NCBI GenBank assembly: GCA_050331235.1 | Contig: JBHJHA010000036.1 | Location: forward strand, 1 to 64,000 | Direction: 5' to 3' | DNA length: 64,000 nt | Origin: Leptolyngbyaceae cyanobacterium | GTDB lineage: Bacteria > Cyanobacteriota > Cyanobacteriia > Phormidesmidales > Phormidesmidaceae | Shown here: piece after piece, positions 19,299 to 30,534 of the stretch | How positions within the stretch are numbered: position 1 is the stretch's first letter | Layout of the letters: the number at the start of each line of letters is the position of its first letter | The notes under the pieces: model-generated | The model's database searches: none | Seen by the model: only the letters and a program-made list of their open reading frames with translations | What the model was told of the DNA's origin: nothing | Translations under genes and position numbers: made by a program

Positions 19299-20807
19299 TT
19301 AGTGCCAAATGAAATGGGCGTTTCGCACGATTTCTTTGACCTGGCTCAGGCTGCGGCCACCATACCAAAGCAGAATGGCAAAAAACTGTACGGTAAGCAG
19401 ATGGCTCCCATCCCGCTGCACGATCGCAGTGGAAACAGTCAGCAGGAGAAAAACGAACACCTTAAAGAACTGCTCTTTGAGCCGGTCGCGATCGCCGCCG
19501 CAGCGGTAAATCATGTAAGGAATCCAGTCTACAAATACCTGAGCAATCAGCAGTGCAAGCCCCACACTATTGATATTGGCAATGAGTAAAAAACCGGCAT
19601 ATTTAGCAAATTGCAATAGCGGATAGAGCCAGATGCGCGTGCTTTCGTCAAGATAGTTGTAAACCGTAAAGGTTAACCGCGTGCCGACGAGAGAGGCTAT
19701 CCACAGGCTGAGACTAGGAACAATAGCGCCCCACCGGAGCGCCGATGTGTAAGCCTGCCCGTCAAATACTGTCGTCCAGGTGAGGGTATTGCCCAAGGCA
19801 ACTAAGGCCAAGCCAGGAATGGCAAATCCCAAACTCACGACCCAAGGCATAAAGACATCCATTCGGTCTTTATACCGTTGATACGTGTCGGATAAAACGG
19901 GCTTTTTCTCGTATTTTTCTGCGACTAAGTCATTTTGAAAGTAACCGATTTCGTAGATACACCACCAAGAAAATGCGAGTAATGCGATACCCAAACCGTG
20001 AAACACTGGCATCGAACTGAGCCAGGTGCAGGCAAAAAGTAGGGCAATGATATGGTCCTTTAAGACAACGTTGATGAGAAATCTAGTGCCCGGTTTCTTA
20101 ACCTTTTCGATGTAAAAGAAAGGTAAGTATGCCCCCGACATGGCGCGAATATATTGAGCATTAGGCCATCGAACTAGAAAGGGATACTTGACGATTTCTA
20201 GCAAGGAGGCGTCATCGAGGGAGTCCGTAATCAGCGCCGAGTCTTGAATCTCAGCTGGAGCAAGCCACCGAGATAGCATTTCCTCTTTGCCAAGTTGGCG
20301 ATCGCCGCCGCCGTGCAAAAATCGACATCCGATCAATCGTTCGACCTTAAGGGGTGTCGAGGCTAGGAGGGGTCTAACAATAAACTCAAATCCGCGAGTC
20401 GCCACAATTATCCGAGCATGGCGACTCTGCTGCAAGCTGTTGAGCAAAGGCTGATTGAAATAATCGCGCGCTAATTTTTGAGCTCTATTTTTCCAAAGTA
20501 GAATTGTCCAAGGAAATAAGCAAGTCGCAATAACTACCCTAAGCCAGTCAATCGACTCGTGGCTTCTCAGAGGTGGAGGGAGTAGCTTCCAAAGATTTAA
20601 TTTTTCTAAGACAGTCAGCACAAGATTACCCAAAAGCTGAGGCTGGAGACTATCTAAATACTCCTCTGTCGAATTCCTCAGAAAAAGAGTTTCATCAAAG
20701 TCAACTACAACCGTTTGAGAGGCCGGTAAATTATGGATGAACTCGATGGGATCGGAAATTTCCTTTAGGTTTAAAGCATCCTGAGAATTTTGAATAACTT
20801 CTTTCAT
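19299..20807 (-). CDS. HAD-family hydrolase fused to a multi-TM (UbiA-like) domain
   Basis: HAD motif I VVDFDETLF and a later TDSLDD. The C-terminal half is hydrophobic with YEIGYFQNDLVA. Confidence 0.7.
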   Translation of the reverse strand: MKEVIQNSQDALNLKEISDPIEFIHNLPASQTVVVDFDETLFLRNSTEEYLDSLQPQLLGNLVLTVLEKLNLWKLLPPPLRSHESIDWLRVVIATCLFPWTILLWKNRAQKLARDYFNQPLLNSLQQSRHARIIVATRGFEFIVRPLLASTPLKVERLIGCRFLHGGGDRQLGKEEMLSRWLAPAEIQDSALITDSLDDASLLEIVKYPFLVRWPNAQYIRAMSGAYLPFFYIEKVKKPGTRFLINVVLKDHIIALLFACTWLSSMPVFHGLGIALLAFSWWCIYEIGYFQNDLVAEKYEKKPVLSDTYQRYKDRMDVFMPWVVSLGFAIPGLALVALGNTLTWTTVFDGQAYTSALRWGAIVPSLSLWIASLVGTRLTFTVYNYLDESTRIWLYPLLQFAKYAGFLLIANINSVGLALLIAQVFVDWIPYMIYRCGGDRDRLKEQFFKVFVFLLLTVSTAIVQRDGSHLLTVQFFAILLWYGGRSLSQVKEIVRNAHFIWH

Positions 20808-21615
20808 TTTTTTGAAGAAAATATTGAATATAGAGGATGAATTTAAAAGTCTATTAGACTTTTAAATATAGAATATTGGACTTTTCCGACGGATAGACCT
20901 CATATTGAAAATAGATGGGAACTCAGTTTGCAGACTCAATCAGCCGATCACTTTGAGTTCGAGTGATAATTTCCAACCAAGAAGAGCAATCTGCAACTAA
21001 ATGGGTATACACGCCTGCTGTCCTCAAATGCTGAAAATGTGACTGCCTATTTCCTCTGCACTGATCCCAAACTAATACCACTCTCGGTAGAAATACGGCC
21101 TGAGTAAATATTTTTCCCAATGCCTTACTAAATCTTTAACACCGGAGCTTCCAGCTTTCTGTTGGAAATTTATCATGTTCGTAGTCCCAGAAGACTAAAA
21201 CACTAGTTGGGCGCTGCGATCGCCTTGTGGGGAATCTTTATGATTTCTGCACATTAGGCTAATTGATAGGGAATGGGCCCACCTCGACCGCTATATAAAT
21301 AGAAGTACTCGGTAGCATCGGAGGACCGGACCAGTCGCGTCGTCATCGGGCGATCGTCCAAATTGTCCAATGGCCAAATTGCCAGATTGCCGACAGTTAC
21401 CCTTGGGGATGCCAAGTAAGCTAATGATAGGCAGAATGGTGGCGAATGGTTGAATGGCTCAGCCGTTATTAGCCACTAGGAGAACCGTACTCGAGTTTGC
21501 GGTGTTTACGGCTGTGGGGCCGACCAGCAGCCTTTTACCTTTCGTTACAATGAAAACACGAAAGCGAAATGACTTCGAGAAAGTCTTTCGCAATACAACT
21601 TTTGAGGTGCCTCAT

Positions 21616-22728
21616 ATGAATGGCAACTTACGGGCGGGTAACCTGTTTGGAATTCCCTTCTACGTCAATATTTCTTGGTTCTTGGTGCTAGCTTTGGTGA
21701 CCTGGAATTACGGTAGTGGTTTGGCGGCGGCGTTTCCTGATTTGCCCGGAACTATCCCTTGGCTTCTAGGTCTAGTGGCTGCCCTGTTATTGTTTGGCTC
21801 AGTCCTTGCCCACGAATTGGGCCATAGCTTTGCGGCTCTGCAGCAGGGGATCAGCGTCAAGTCTATTACGTTATTCTTGTTCGGCGGTTTGGCCGCCCTT
21901 GAGAAAGAGTCAGACCAACCCGGTGGGGCCTTAAAAGTGGCGATCGCTGGTCCGCTAGTGAGTCTTTTACTGTTTGCTGTGTTGTTTACGGCTGGCCAGG
22001 TGTGGGCGTTCGGTGGACCGGCAGGAGCCATTGTCTCCTTGCTGGCATATATCAATTTGGCGCTGGGCATTTTTAACCTTTTGCCAGGGCTGCCTTTAGA
22101 TGGCGGAAATGTGCTGAAGGCGATCGTCTGGAAAATTACGCAAGATCCCTACAAGGGTATAGCTTTTGCGAGTCGCACAGGACAACTGATTGGTTGGTTG
22201 GCTATTGGTACCGGTGCAGCGGCTGTTGCTGGCCTTAGCCCCATCGGTAATGTCTGGACCCTGCTGATTGGTTGGTTTCTGCTAAGCAATGCTAATCGTT
22301 CTGCTCAGTCGGCCTCTGTGCAGCAAAAGCTCAATGGATTGACGGCAGCGGATGCCACCGTGCGCGAAAGTCCGATCGTGGACCAGTCTGTTTCACTGCG
22401 AGCGTTTGCCGACGAAGTGATTCTCAACAGTGAAGGTCGCTGGAAAAAGTTTTTGGTGGTCGATGCCGCGGGGCAACTGGTGGGCACGGTGTCTGCCGAA
22501 GTGCTGCGGGAGGTGCCCCGCGATCGCTGGGCAGATACCTCCATTGCAGCCATCATGGACCGCGAAATGGCGCTAACGACAGTAGATTCTGACCAACCGC
22601 TGCTAGAGGTAGTGCGGACCTTAGATGAGAAAAAGCTCTCGGTGCTGGCAGTTATCCGAGAGAATGGCCAACTGCTAGGTCTATTGGAAAAACAGTCAAT
22701 CTCACAGCTCCTGCAGGGCAAAGCTTAG
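21616..22728 (+). CDS. Site-2 protease (M50) with CBS domains
   Basis: HELGH, AIAGPLVS, FNLLPGLPLDGG and a C-terminal CBS pair. ATG at 21616 follows a GAGG RBS. Confidence 0.95.
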   Translation: MNGNLRAGNLFGIPFYVNISWFLVLALVTWNYGSGLAAAFPDLPGTIPWLLGLVAALLLFGSVLAHELGHSFAALQQGISVKSITLFLFGGLAALEKESDQPGGALKVAIAGPLVSLLLFAVLFTAGQVWAFGGPAGAIVSLLAYINLALGIFNLLPGLPLDGGNVLKAIVWKITQDPYKGIAFASRTGQLIGWLAIGTGAAAVAGLSPIGNVWTLLIGWFLLSNANRSAQSASVQQKLNGLTAADATVRESPIVDQSVSLRAFADEVILNSEGRWKKFLVVDAAGQLVGTVSAEVLREVPRDRWADTSIAAIMDREMALTTVDSDQPLLEVVRTLDEKKLSVLAVIRENGQLLGLLEKQSISQLLQGKA

Positions 22729-22937
22729 CCATCTGGTCGCTCCGCTTCCCCGTCAAATTTTTATGACAAATCGGTGATTCTGCCCGTAGCTTGCCGTAGC
22801 GGGGAGAGTGGCAAGAAGGATAAGGGGACGGAGTACCTCAGCTATCCCGATTGCAGACAGTCGTAGGGGGAGAGTGGCTCAAAAATCCTGTCGTTTGGAG
22901 TGCCACACTAAACTCGCGCGACAGTACTCTCCAAAAG

Positions 22938-22973
22938 ATAAAGGCCCAGATGCAATTGCATCTGGGCCTTTAT
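22938..22973. terminator. Perfect 36-bp palindrome, probably a bidirectional intrinsic terminator downstream of the tRNA
   Basis: ATAAAGGCCCAGATGC-AATT-GCATCTGGGCCTTTAT lies directly 3' of the tRNA CCA, between convergent genes. Confidence 0.8.
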
Positions 22974-22974
22974 T

Positions 22975-23051
<77 letters not shown>

Positions 23052-23238
23052 TCGGCTTTCCTACTATAGCGAATAAATGTCTGCTCTAACAACTTTGTGG
23101 GTGAAAAAATCTGCAATGACCGATCAGTCCAGTTTGTGATGCCCTATTGGCAGGCAACACTGCCGGCGGTTGAACCGGCCAAAACCCCGGTGATAAGTGC
23201 GATCGCGCCATGGGTGCCTGGTTAGCCTACCGTGAAGG

Positions 23239-23742
23239 TCAGTTGTCCAAAGTATCCGGCGAGAATAGCTCGGGCTGAGCGCTGCCCGTGCCTGCATCAA
23301 AGGTATTTTCAGCCCGTTCTAGTTCATCGTCCAAAGCCTCTGCTGCTCGGTCATTCAAAGTCTCTAAGGTTTTTTGAAACGCTGCCTTCTCATCTTCGAT
23401 GAAGGCTTGCACTTCCTGCGTCTCGGTTTGAATGCTGGCTTTCAGATCGGCTTCGACTTCGGCTGCCGTTTGACTAGCTTGATCACTCAGGCGCTCCAAA
23501 TCATCCTGAGAAGATGCTGTCTGACTAGCAGGAATTGACAGGCCACGGTTAGGAACTGATTGCGGTTTCAGAGGAGCAGCGGGCTTGATGGTCTTGTCTT
23601 GTTGATCGAGCTGCTCGGTGACTGATCTCAGCTTAGGCAAATCTTCCGGCGTTGTCTGACTGCAGCTTAAGGTGCCTAACAACAGGACTATGAGACCGAT
23701 CCCCATGACGACTAACCGGACACACCGGGTGAACAAAGGCAT
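23239..23742 (-). CDS. Hypothetical lipoprotein (acidic, helical)
   Basis: Signal peptide with a lipobox-like TLSC. Confidence 0.6.
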   Translation of the reverse strand: MPLFTRCVRLVVMGIGLIVLLLGTLSCSQTTPEDLPKLRSVTEQLDQQDKTIKPAAPLKPQSVPNRGLSIPASQTASSQDDLERLSDQASQTAAEVEADLKASIQTETQEVQAFIEDEKAAFQKTLETLNDRAAEALDDELERAENTFDAGTGSAQPELFSPDTLDN

Positions 23743-23984
23743 TGTGATAAAGCTCCAATATCAATCGCGTATGGCTGACTTTTCCTAAAAGATGCTTTCA
23801 AGGTAGGGGCTTTGATCTGTTGACAACTCCGTGCAGAGATAGAAATTCACAAAACACTACAGATCAGTGCTGACTCCCCCTCTCGGGTTTTGCGAAGTTA
23901 GGCCAAAGCAGCCGTGATCACTCTGCAACTGACCGGTTATCTGCCCTCGACAGTTCTAGCCCAATGTGCTCAGTGAGCGTGGTC

Positions 23985-24647
23985 CTACCAGTCGCCGGAT
24001 GCTACCGATAGATTCGTTCCACTACTTTCGATGACCTTTACAGATAAGATGCTCTCACCGTCCAGGCGCTCAAACTGCACGAACTGCAAACCTGCGGGCA
24101 TTGCATCGACCGTGACTTGGTAATTCTTACCGGTCCAAACAAAATCCTTGATCTGGTAACCCATCAACCACATTTCGGCAAGTTCACCGTTATTGATGGC
24201 CGCCGGGCGATCGCCCTCGTAACAAGCTGACATTGCCTCGATCCCCGTCCAAACGCCGCTAAGGTCAATCGGTTCCGTGCGGGCGCTGAGTCCGTAAGTG
24301 GTAAACGTGATGATGGGCAGATGCCAAAACTTCTCAAATAACCCTTTTAGCGGGTCTGTCTCCAGAGCCTCTCCGTATCGAGGGTTCTGAGTGAGAGCTG
24401 CAGTTTGCGCTTCGAGCGTTGGCCGCTCCCAGCCGGCAATTTCTCCGCACACTTCAAAGGCGACGACACGAGCAGGAAAGCTAGATGCCGCCGTCTCTGT
24501 GGACGGCTGCTGAGCAACTGGGATCACCTTCTGATCTGGGGCTGGACCGAGAGCAGAGGTTACGGTTTCGGGACATCCTGCCATGCCGATGATTCCGGCA
24601 CTGAGAAGGACTGCTTTGACAGAATTTGAGATGGAAAGTGTGCGCAT
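23985..24647 (-). CDS. Hypothetical lipoprotein
   Basis: Signal peptide ending MAGC; 220 aa open frame. Confidence 0.65.
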   Translation of the reverse strand: MRTLSISNSVKAVLLSAGIIGMAGCPETVTSALGPAPDQKVIPVAQQPSTETAASSFPARVVAFEVCGEIAGWERPTLEAQTAALTQNPRYGEALETDPLKGLFEKFWHLPIITFTTYGLSARTEPIDLSGVWTGIEAMSACYEGDRPAAINNGELAEMWLMGYQIKDFVWTGKNYQVTVDAMPAGLQFVQFERLDGESILSVKVIESSGTNLSVASGDW

Positions 24648-25266
24648 TTGTACAGATTTCGGTTCCCTTGCAGCCGCGGTTGAAAGGAGGCATTAGCGAG
24701 TGTCGGTCCATGGTTAGAGGAGATGACACAGCGATGTTGCCCAAGTTAATTTGTCCCAAAGCTGACTGCCTTAGATGGAGCAATCAGGCTTCCAGCGAGG
24801 TGTTTGAAATTCCAGGATGAGGCTATCTGTGGAGATAATCCTCAAACTTGGTTGGTTATTGCCTGACTTGCTTAGCTACTGTCAGAACTTGATAAACATC
24901 TGACGTTGCCGAATAGATCGCAATGATGATTGCGGCCTGCTAGCAAAGAACAAGGAGTAGCTCACTTGGCTCACGGTCTACTGCTGATTTCAGCCTTCTA
25001 AAAGCTGAAATTGGAGATGACAATTGGGAAATGATGCGGTTCCGACAGCAGCTGTGATGACAGACAAATCAGCCAGCAATTGTATCGGGAGTAGACTCAT
25101 CTCACTCCAAAGGTCTGACAGCTTAGTGACAACCTAAATGATCGGGGCAATTTAAATACGTCTTACTTCTACCACAGCTTCTTCTCCGGAATGAATAGGA
25201 GATAAGGAAACTTTGGTAAAAACTTTTAAGGCCTTTACAAGCCAGCTCCGTTACCTTGTCGTAGGA

Positions 25267-26844
25267 CTACTGCTGCGATAGTTTCTGGGCCAGAACAAAC
25301 GGCAGAGTCGCCGCAAGCTGACTAGCTGGACACCCGAGCTCGGTCGCCACGTTGGCCAGGTGCTGTCCCGTTTGGGCGTGCCACCAGACTGCGGCGATCG
25401 CTGCAGTTAATAAATCGGCCGCCGGATCGGGCAGACACAACTGCGCTGCCAGGCCCGCTACTAAACCCGTGAGGACGTCGCCACTCCCTCCTCTAGCTAG
25501 GGCTGGTGAGCTGGCGGCATTGATCCAAACTTGACCATCAGCGTGGGCCACTGTGCTCATGGCCCCCTTGAGGACAATGGTGCAGCCAGTGGTCTGGGCT
25601 GCAGCGCTAGCCGCCACACTTGGCGTGGCAGCGACGGATAAATGATCGGGAAACAGGCGACGAAACTCTCCTGGATGAGGGGTCAATAAAGTAGTTCCTT
25701 GGCGTTGCCTCAGTAACGCTTGGGGATTGTCCTGGGCAATAATATTTAAGCCGTCGGCATCAAATATAGCGGGACGCTGACTCTGCAATACCTGATGGAT
25801 GACGGGAGCGGCTTCTAAAGTTAATCCGGGACCACAAGCCACGACGTCATAGTCGGCTAGCGCTACTGTCTGGGGGAGCGTCGCGATCGCGCCGGTAGCG
25901 GTTTCCTCCGCCCCCAGTATTAGTGCTTCTGGCATATGACTCAGCAGGGTCAACCGGAGGCTCTCAGGCACAATTAAGGTTAACATCCCCACGCCGCTGG
26001 CAATGGCTCCTTGACCCGCTAGTAGGGCCGCTCCCCCATACTGCCGTGATCCCACAATGAGTAAGGCATGGCCAACTTTGTATTTATGGGCAACGGGAGA
26101 TCTGGGCAAAGGCAATCGGGCGATTGCGGCAGTATCCGTGATACATCGAGGTGTCACAGCGGCTGACAACACAGTCTCTAAGGACGCTGCGGGAATATCA
26201 AAATCAATCAGATGCAGTTGCCCGATCCACGGTTGCGCCTGATCCTGTAAGAGTCCCTGCTTCCATAAACCTAGGCACAGTGTATGATCTGCGCGAATCA
26301 CGGTGCCCATGACGGCTCCGGTGTCGGTTTCTAGCCCTGAGGGTAGATCAATGCTGACAACGGGAGTATCACAGGCGTTAATCGCATCGATCCCCGCGGC
26401 AAACTCATCGCTTAAAGCTCGCGTCAACCCCACCCCAAAGCCGCCGTCAACAATCAAATCGCACTCACAAAGCGCCGTGCTGTCGACAGTTGCTACGGCC
26501 CCTAGATAGCTGATATAGGCTTGGTGCTGGGCTGTGAGTTCTTTTCCTTTCACGAGTGGTTGCCAAATCAAGACTTCATAGCCGTGGTGGAATAGCTCGC
26601 GGGCCACAACCAAGGCATCGCCCCCATTGTGTCCAGGCCCCACTATAAAGCCGACGCGAGCCACCTGTTCTCGAGGAAAATGCCGCACGAGCCAATGGGC
26701 AATTCTGCCGGCAACCTTTTCCATCAGCGCGGGGATCGGCAAACCGGCAGCAAACATCGCGGACTCGATGGCCTGCATCTGCTGGGCGGTGACAATGATC
26801 TCGTGTCTCATTGCCGAGGAATCGGCAGGTGGATAAATGTCCAT
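25267..26844 (-). CDS. nnr: Bifunctional NAD(P)H-hydrate epimerase/dehydratase
   Basis: LMEKVA, GPGHNGGD, SIDLPSG, DADGLN, LTPHPGEF and LARGGSGDVLTG. Confidence 0.95.
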   Translation of the reverse strand: MDIYPPADSSAMRHEIIVTAQQMQAIESAMFAAGLPIPALMEKVAGRIAHWLVRHFPREQVARVGFIVGPGHNGGDALVVARELFHHGYEVLIWQPLVKGKELTAQHQAYISYLGAVATVDSTALCECDLIVDGGFGVGLTRALSDEFAAGIDAINACDTPVVSIDLPSGLETDTGAVMGTVIRADHTLCLGLWKQGLLQDQAQPWIGQLHLIDFDIPAASLETVLSAAVTPRCITDTAAIARLPLPRSPVAHKYKVGHALLIVGSRQYGGAALLAGQGAIASGVGMLTLIVPESLRLTLLSHMPEALILGAEETATGAIATLPQTVALADYDVVACGPGLTLEAAPVIHQVLQSQRPAIFDADGLNIIAQDNPQALLRQRQGTTLLTPHPGEFRRLFPDHLSVAATPSVAASAAAQTTGCTIVLKGAMSTVAHADGQVWINAASSPALARGGSGDVLTGLVAGLAAQLCLPDPAADLLTAAIAAVWWHAQTGQHLANVATELGCPASQLAATLPFVLAQKLSQQ

Positions 26845-27007
26845 CGGTTAATTCCTGCTTCTAAGGCTGCCTGAGGAGGGGCCGATCGCCACGAAAATCC
26901 GGCCACGCTAAGCAAATTGCGGAGCATCGCTAGGTGTCCAGCGTCTGCAGGAGTCTAGGCGATACCGCCAGTCATTAGGGTTGCATCTGGCAAAATGCCA
27001 GCAGGCG

Positions 27008-27979
27008 TTATTCGAAATGCACACGGGAACCGGTAATCCCTGAATCCCTCAGATATCCGCTCCATTCCTGAGCGATGCCGCGATCGTTGTAGGGGCCAAC
27101 GGCAACGTGGGGACCCCGGGGAGACGTTCGGGTCCTGACTAAACTGTTAGGAGCTCCCAGCGCAATCACCTGATTCGCAATATTCGGGAGGTCGATCGCA
27201 TTACCCGGCACCACGACGTAATAGCCTGACGGTAAACCTTCATCCACAAAGGTCGGTGCTGCCAGTGGTGGCGGCGCTGTTGTATTGTTCACCGGGGGCG
27301 ATACGGTACCCGGGAAGGCCGACGATTGATCAGGCGGAGGAAAAGCGGCTGTGGAGGGCGGCACGGGCGACTGAAATGGAGCCGCTTCACCAAACTCAAT
27401 CGAAGACGGCGTAGCGGCTACGGTATTAGAAGGAAGCATGGATGGACTCACCACCGTGCTCGATGTCGGTGTCGGAAAGGCCAAGTCATAATCGGCCGGA
27501 GGGGCAAGGGCGATGGGCGCACCGGCAAAGTCCGTTGCCTGGACCTCCGCTCCTAACCCAAAGCTAGCGAGTTCGTTGGCGCGGGCCTGAGCGTTTTGAT
27601 AGGAGCTAAAGCGTCCCGCCTGAATCATGGAACGTCCATCAACATAGTTGACAAAGGCGCCAGGCTCAACTTGACGGACTTGCTGCAAGAGTAAATCGCT
27701 GCTGCCATTAATTAGTACGAGGTATTGTTCCCCTGTGGCTGGAGCCCCACTGCTAGCGGGTAGGGGGGGCAGAGGCGTGGGGAGGGCTTGGGCCACTGCC
27801 TCGACGGTGGTTGATGCGGTCAGTAAAGACGTCGCCATACTTGGTAAAGCCACCGCTAACGTCAAGCCGCCGCTTGTGAGGAGCGATCGCCGGAGCCGCT
27901 GCCCCAGCCTGAGTCGAGGTTGCTCGGGCGAGTCGTTAGTTGAGTCAAAAGTTAGCGGACCAGGAAGTTGTAGTTTCAT
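27008..27979 (-). CDS. Pro-rich exported protein with two SPOR-like domains
   Basis: IQAGRFSSYQNAQ and HVAVGPYNDRGIA motifs separated by a Pro/Ser linker. The start is uncertain (27979 or 28021). Confidence 0.65.
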   Translation of the reverse strand: MKLQLPGPLTFDSTNDSPEQPRLRLGQRLRRSLLTSGGLTLAVALPSMATSLLTASTTVEAVAQALPTPLPPLPASSGAPATGEQYLVLINGSSDLLLQQVRQVEPGAFVNYVDGRSMIQAGRFSSYQNAQARANELASFGLGAEVQATDFAGAPIALAPPADYDLAFPTPTSSTVVSPSMLPSNTVAATPSSIEFGEAAPFQSPVPPSTAAFPPPDQSSAFPGTVSPPVNNTTAPPPLAAPTFVDEGLPSGYYVVVPGNAIDLPNIANQVIALGAPNSLVRTRTSPRGPHVAVGPYNDRGIAQEWSGYLRDSGITGSRVHFE

Positions 27980-28121
27980 AGACGCATTCAGCTTAAGCTG
28001 AGGGCAAGAGGGCAATGTCACAGTGAAGCTATGAGCTGACCTCGGCCTTCCTACGAACAGTCGAGGCGGATGCTAGCCTAGGATAGTGACATTTATAGAA
28101 AAATTCCAGGCTTTTTTAGAG

Positions 28122-29249
28122 ATGGGCAAAATTGTTGTGGGCCTCTCTGGTGGGGTCGATAGTTCTGTGGCTGCCGCAACATTGCATCATCAGGGCCACG
28201 AGGTGATTGGTCTGACCCTCTGGTTGATGAAAGGGAAGGGGCAATGTTGTTCTGAGGGCATGGTTGATGCGGCGCGGCTGTGTGAGGAACTCAATATTCC
28301 GTATCACGTAGTGGACAGCCGGGACACCTTTCAGACTAATATTGTGGACTATTTAGTGGCCGGCTATGAGTCAGGGGTGACGCCATTACCCTGCTCACAA
28401 TGCAATCGTTCGGTAAAGTTTGGCCCGATGCTTGAATATGCCCGCACGGAGTTGGGCGCAGAGGAGATCGCCACGGGCCACTACGCCCGAGTCCGGTTCA
28501 ATGATGACACGGGACGATTTGAGCTGTTGCGAGCCGTCGACCGGAACAAAGATCAGTCCTACTTCCTATACGATTTGACCCAGGCAATGCTGGCGCAGCT
28601 GCGATTTCCCCTCGGCGAGCAAACGAAAGCTGAGACCCGGCAAGTTGCGGAGCGTCTAGGACTGCACACGGCGGCAAAGCCAGAAAGCCAAGACTTGTGT
28701 CTTATTGAACACCACGGTTCTATGGGTAGCTTCTTAGCAAAGTATTTGGCACCCAAACCGGGCGACATTATGGATACTCAAGGGCGAATTTTGGGGCGTC
28801 ACAACGGTATTCACAATTACACAATTGGCCAGCGTAAAGGTTTGGGCATCGCGGCTGCCCATCCGTTATATGTCGTCGCGTTAGATGTGGGGCGCAATCA
28901 AGTCATTGTGGGCGATCGCGCGAGCGTTCACTATCCAGAATGTACCGTTCACCGCGTAAACTGGGTATCGACAGCACCCACCCAAGAGCCGATCGAGGCA
29001 ACTGTTCAAATTCGCTATCGGTCTACCGCGGTAGCTGCCACCCTTTTTCCCATGTGGGAGGAGGGCCGTGATCCTACAGCGAGTACCCGAGTCAAAGTCG
29101 TGTTTGATGAGCCTCAGTTTGGGGTGACGCCAGGTCAGGCGGCAGTTTGGTACGACGGCGATCGTGTCCTCGGTGGCGGCATTATCGAGCCATTGCCGGT
29201 GCAGGCGCGAGTGGCGGCAGCGATCGCCCAGACCGAGTCTCTTGAATAA
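28122..29249 (+). CDS. mnmA: tRNA 2-thiouridine(34) synthase
   Basis: SGGVDSS, PCSQCN, ATGHYAR, KDQSYFL, ESQDLC, TIGQRKG and TPGQAAVWY. Confidence 0.98.
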   Translation: MGKIVVGLSGGVDSSVAAATLHHQGHEVIGLTLWLMKGKGQCCSEGMVDAARLCEELNIPYHVVDSRDTFQTNIVDYLVAGYESGVTPLPCSQCNRSVKFGPMLEYARTELGAEEIATGHYARVRFNDDTGRFELLRAVDRNKDQSYFLYDLTQAMLAQLRFPLGEQTKAETRQVAERLGLHTAAKPESQDLCLIEHHGSMGSFLAKYLAPKPGDIMDTQGRILGRHNGIHNYTIGQRKGLGIAAAHPLYVVALDVGRNQVIVGDRASVHYPECTVHRVNWVSTAPTQEPIEATVQIRYRSTAVAATLFPMWEEGRDPTASTRVKVVFDEPQFGVTPGQAAVWYDGDRVLGGGIIEPLPVQARVAAAIAQTESLE

Positions 29250-29341
29250 TCGCGGCCAATGAACATTGGCCGCAATCGGAGAAAACCAGGTCAGCCGGGA
29301 ATAATGGGCACGTCTGTCTCGCAGTTTGAGAGGTTTTCGTT

Positions 29342-30517
29342 TTGACTACACCAGACATTAATGCCGCCCACGGCGGCCCCTTGGTAAACCGGATTGCCAC
29401 GCCTGAGCAGCGTGAAAAATTTATCGAAGCCGGTGCGAGTATGCCGCATATCACCATCGACGAGCGAGCAGTTTCTGACTTAGTCATGATTGCGATCGGT
29501 GGCTTTAGCCCGTTAAACGGCTTTCTGGGGCGGGCCGACTACGATACTGTCGTGACTACCATGCGCTTGGCCAACGGTGTCCCTTGGGCGATCCCAGTCA
29601 CGTTGTCGGTTCCGTCTAACGTCGCCGACCCCTTAGAGGAAGGCACGCAGATTGCTTTGGACGATCCCAATGGTGATTTTGTTGGCGTATTAGAGCTCTC
29701 CGAGAAATATCATTATGACAAGGCCAAGGAGGCTATCAACGTCTATCGCACCGATGAAGAGAAACATCCTGGCGTTAAAGTCGTCTATGACCAAGGCGAG
29801 GTGAATTTGGCTGGAGCCGTTTGGCTACTAGAGCGGACCCCGCATTCATTGTTTCCCAATTATCAAATTGATCCCGTCGTGTCCCGCGTGATGTTTGCTG
29901 AGCGGGGTTGGAAAACAGTTGTAGGATTCCAAACTCGTAATCCGATTCATCGAGCCCACGAATATATTCAAAAGTGTGCCCTAGAAATTGTTGATGGCTT
30001 ATTCCTACATCCGCTGGTGGGAGCAACGAAAAAAGATGATATTCCGGCCGATGTTCGGATGCGCTGCTATGAGATTATGATGGAGCATTATTTTCCTCAA
30101 AATCGCGTGATTTTAGCGATTAATCCTTCAGCAATGCGGTACGCTGGCCCTAGAGAAGCAATTTTTCATGCCCTTGTTCGTAAGAACTACGGCTGCACTC
30201 ACTTTATCGTGGGGCGTGACCATGCTGGGGTTGGTGACTATTACGGCACTTATGATGCCCAGCATATTTTTGATGAGTTTGAGCCGGGCGAACTAGGCAT
30301 TACTCCTCTGAAGTTTGAGCACGCTTTTTATTGCACTCGAACCAGCACCATGGCGACTACTAAGACTAGTCCCAGTGCTCCAGAAGAAAGAGTCCATTTG
30401 TCAGGCACTAAGGTCCGTGAAATGCTGCGCCGAGGAGAATTGCCTCCTCCCGAGTTTTCTCGCCCCGAGGTGGCTGCAGAACTGGCTCGGGCCATGCAGG
30501 TTACTCAAGAAGTCTAG
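29342..30517 (+). CDS. sat: Sulfate adenylyltransferase
   Basis: [28 protein letters not shown] and LSGTKVR. Confidence 0.98.
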   Translation: MTTPDINAAHGGPLVNRIATPEQREKFIEAGASMPHITIDERAVSDLVMIAIGGFSPLNGFLGRADYDTVVTTMRLANGVPWAIPVTLSVPSNVADPLEEGTQIALDDPNGDFVGVLELSEKYHYDKAKEAINVYRTDEEKHPGVKVVYDQGEVNLAGAVWLLERTPHSLFPNYQIDPVVSRVMFAERGWKTVVGFQTRNPIHRAHEYIQKCALEIVDGLFLHPLVGATKKDDIPADVRMRCYEIMMEHYFPQNRVILAINPSAMRYAGPREAIFHALVRKNYGCTHFIVGRDHAGVGDYYGTYDAQHIFDEFEPGELGITPLKFEHAFYCTRTSTMATTKTSPSAPEERVHLSGTKVREMLRRGELPPPEFSRPEVAAELARAMQVTQEV

Positions 30518-30534
30518 AAAAGGATTGCCCTGCT

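Noticed and set aside
21358..21395. Short CCA(A/G)ATTG-like tandem units upstream of the site-2 protease gene
   Set aside because: There are only about four degenerate 7-9 bp units, which cannot be told apart from chance or a decayed short tandem repeat.
24648..25266. 600-bp intergenic region with a hairpin (ATTTCAGC...GCTGAAAT near 24987-25011)
   Set aside because: No convincing ORF or known RNA motif, and a single hairpin is not enough to call a feature.
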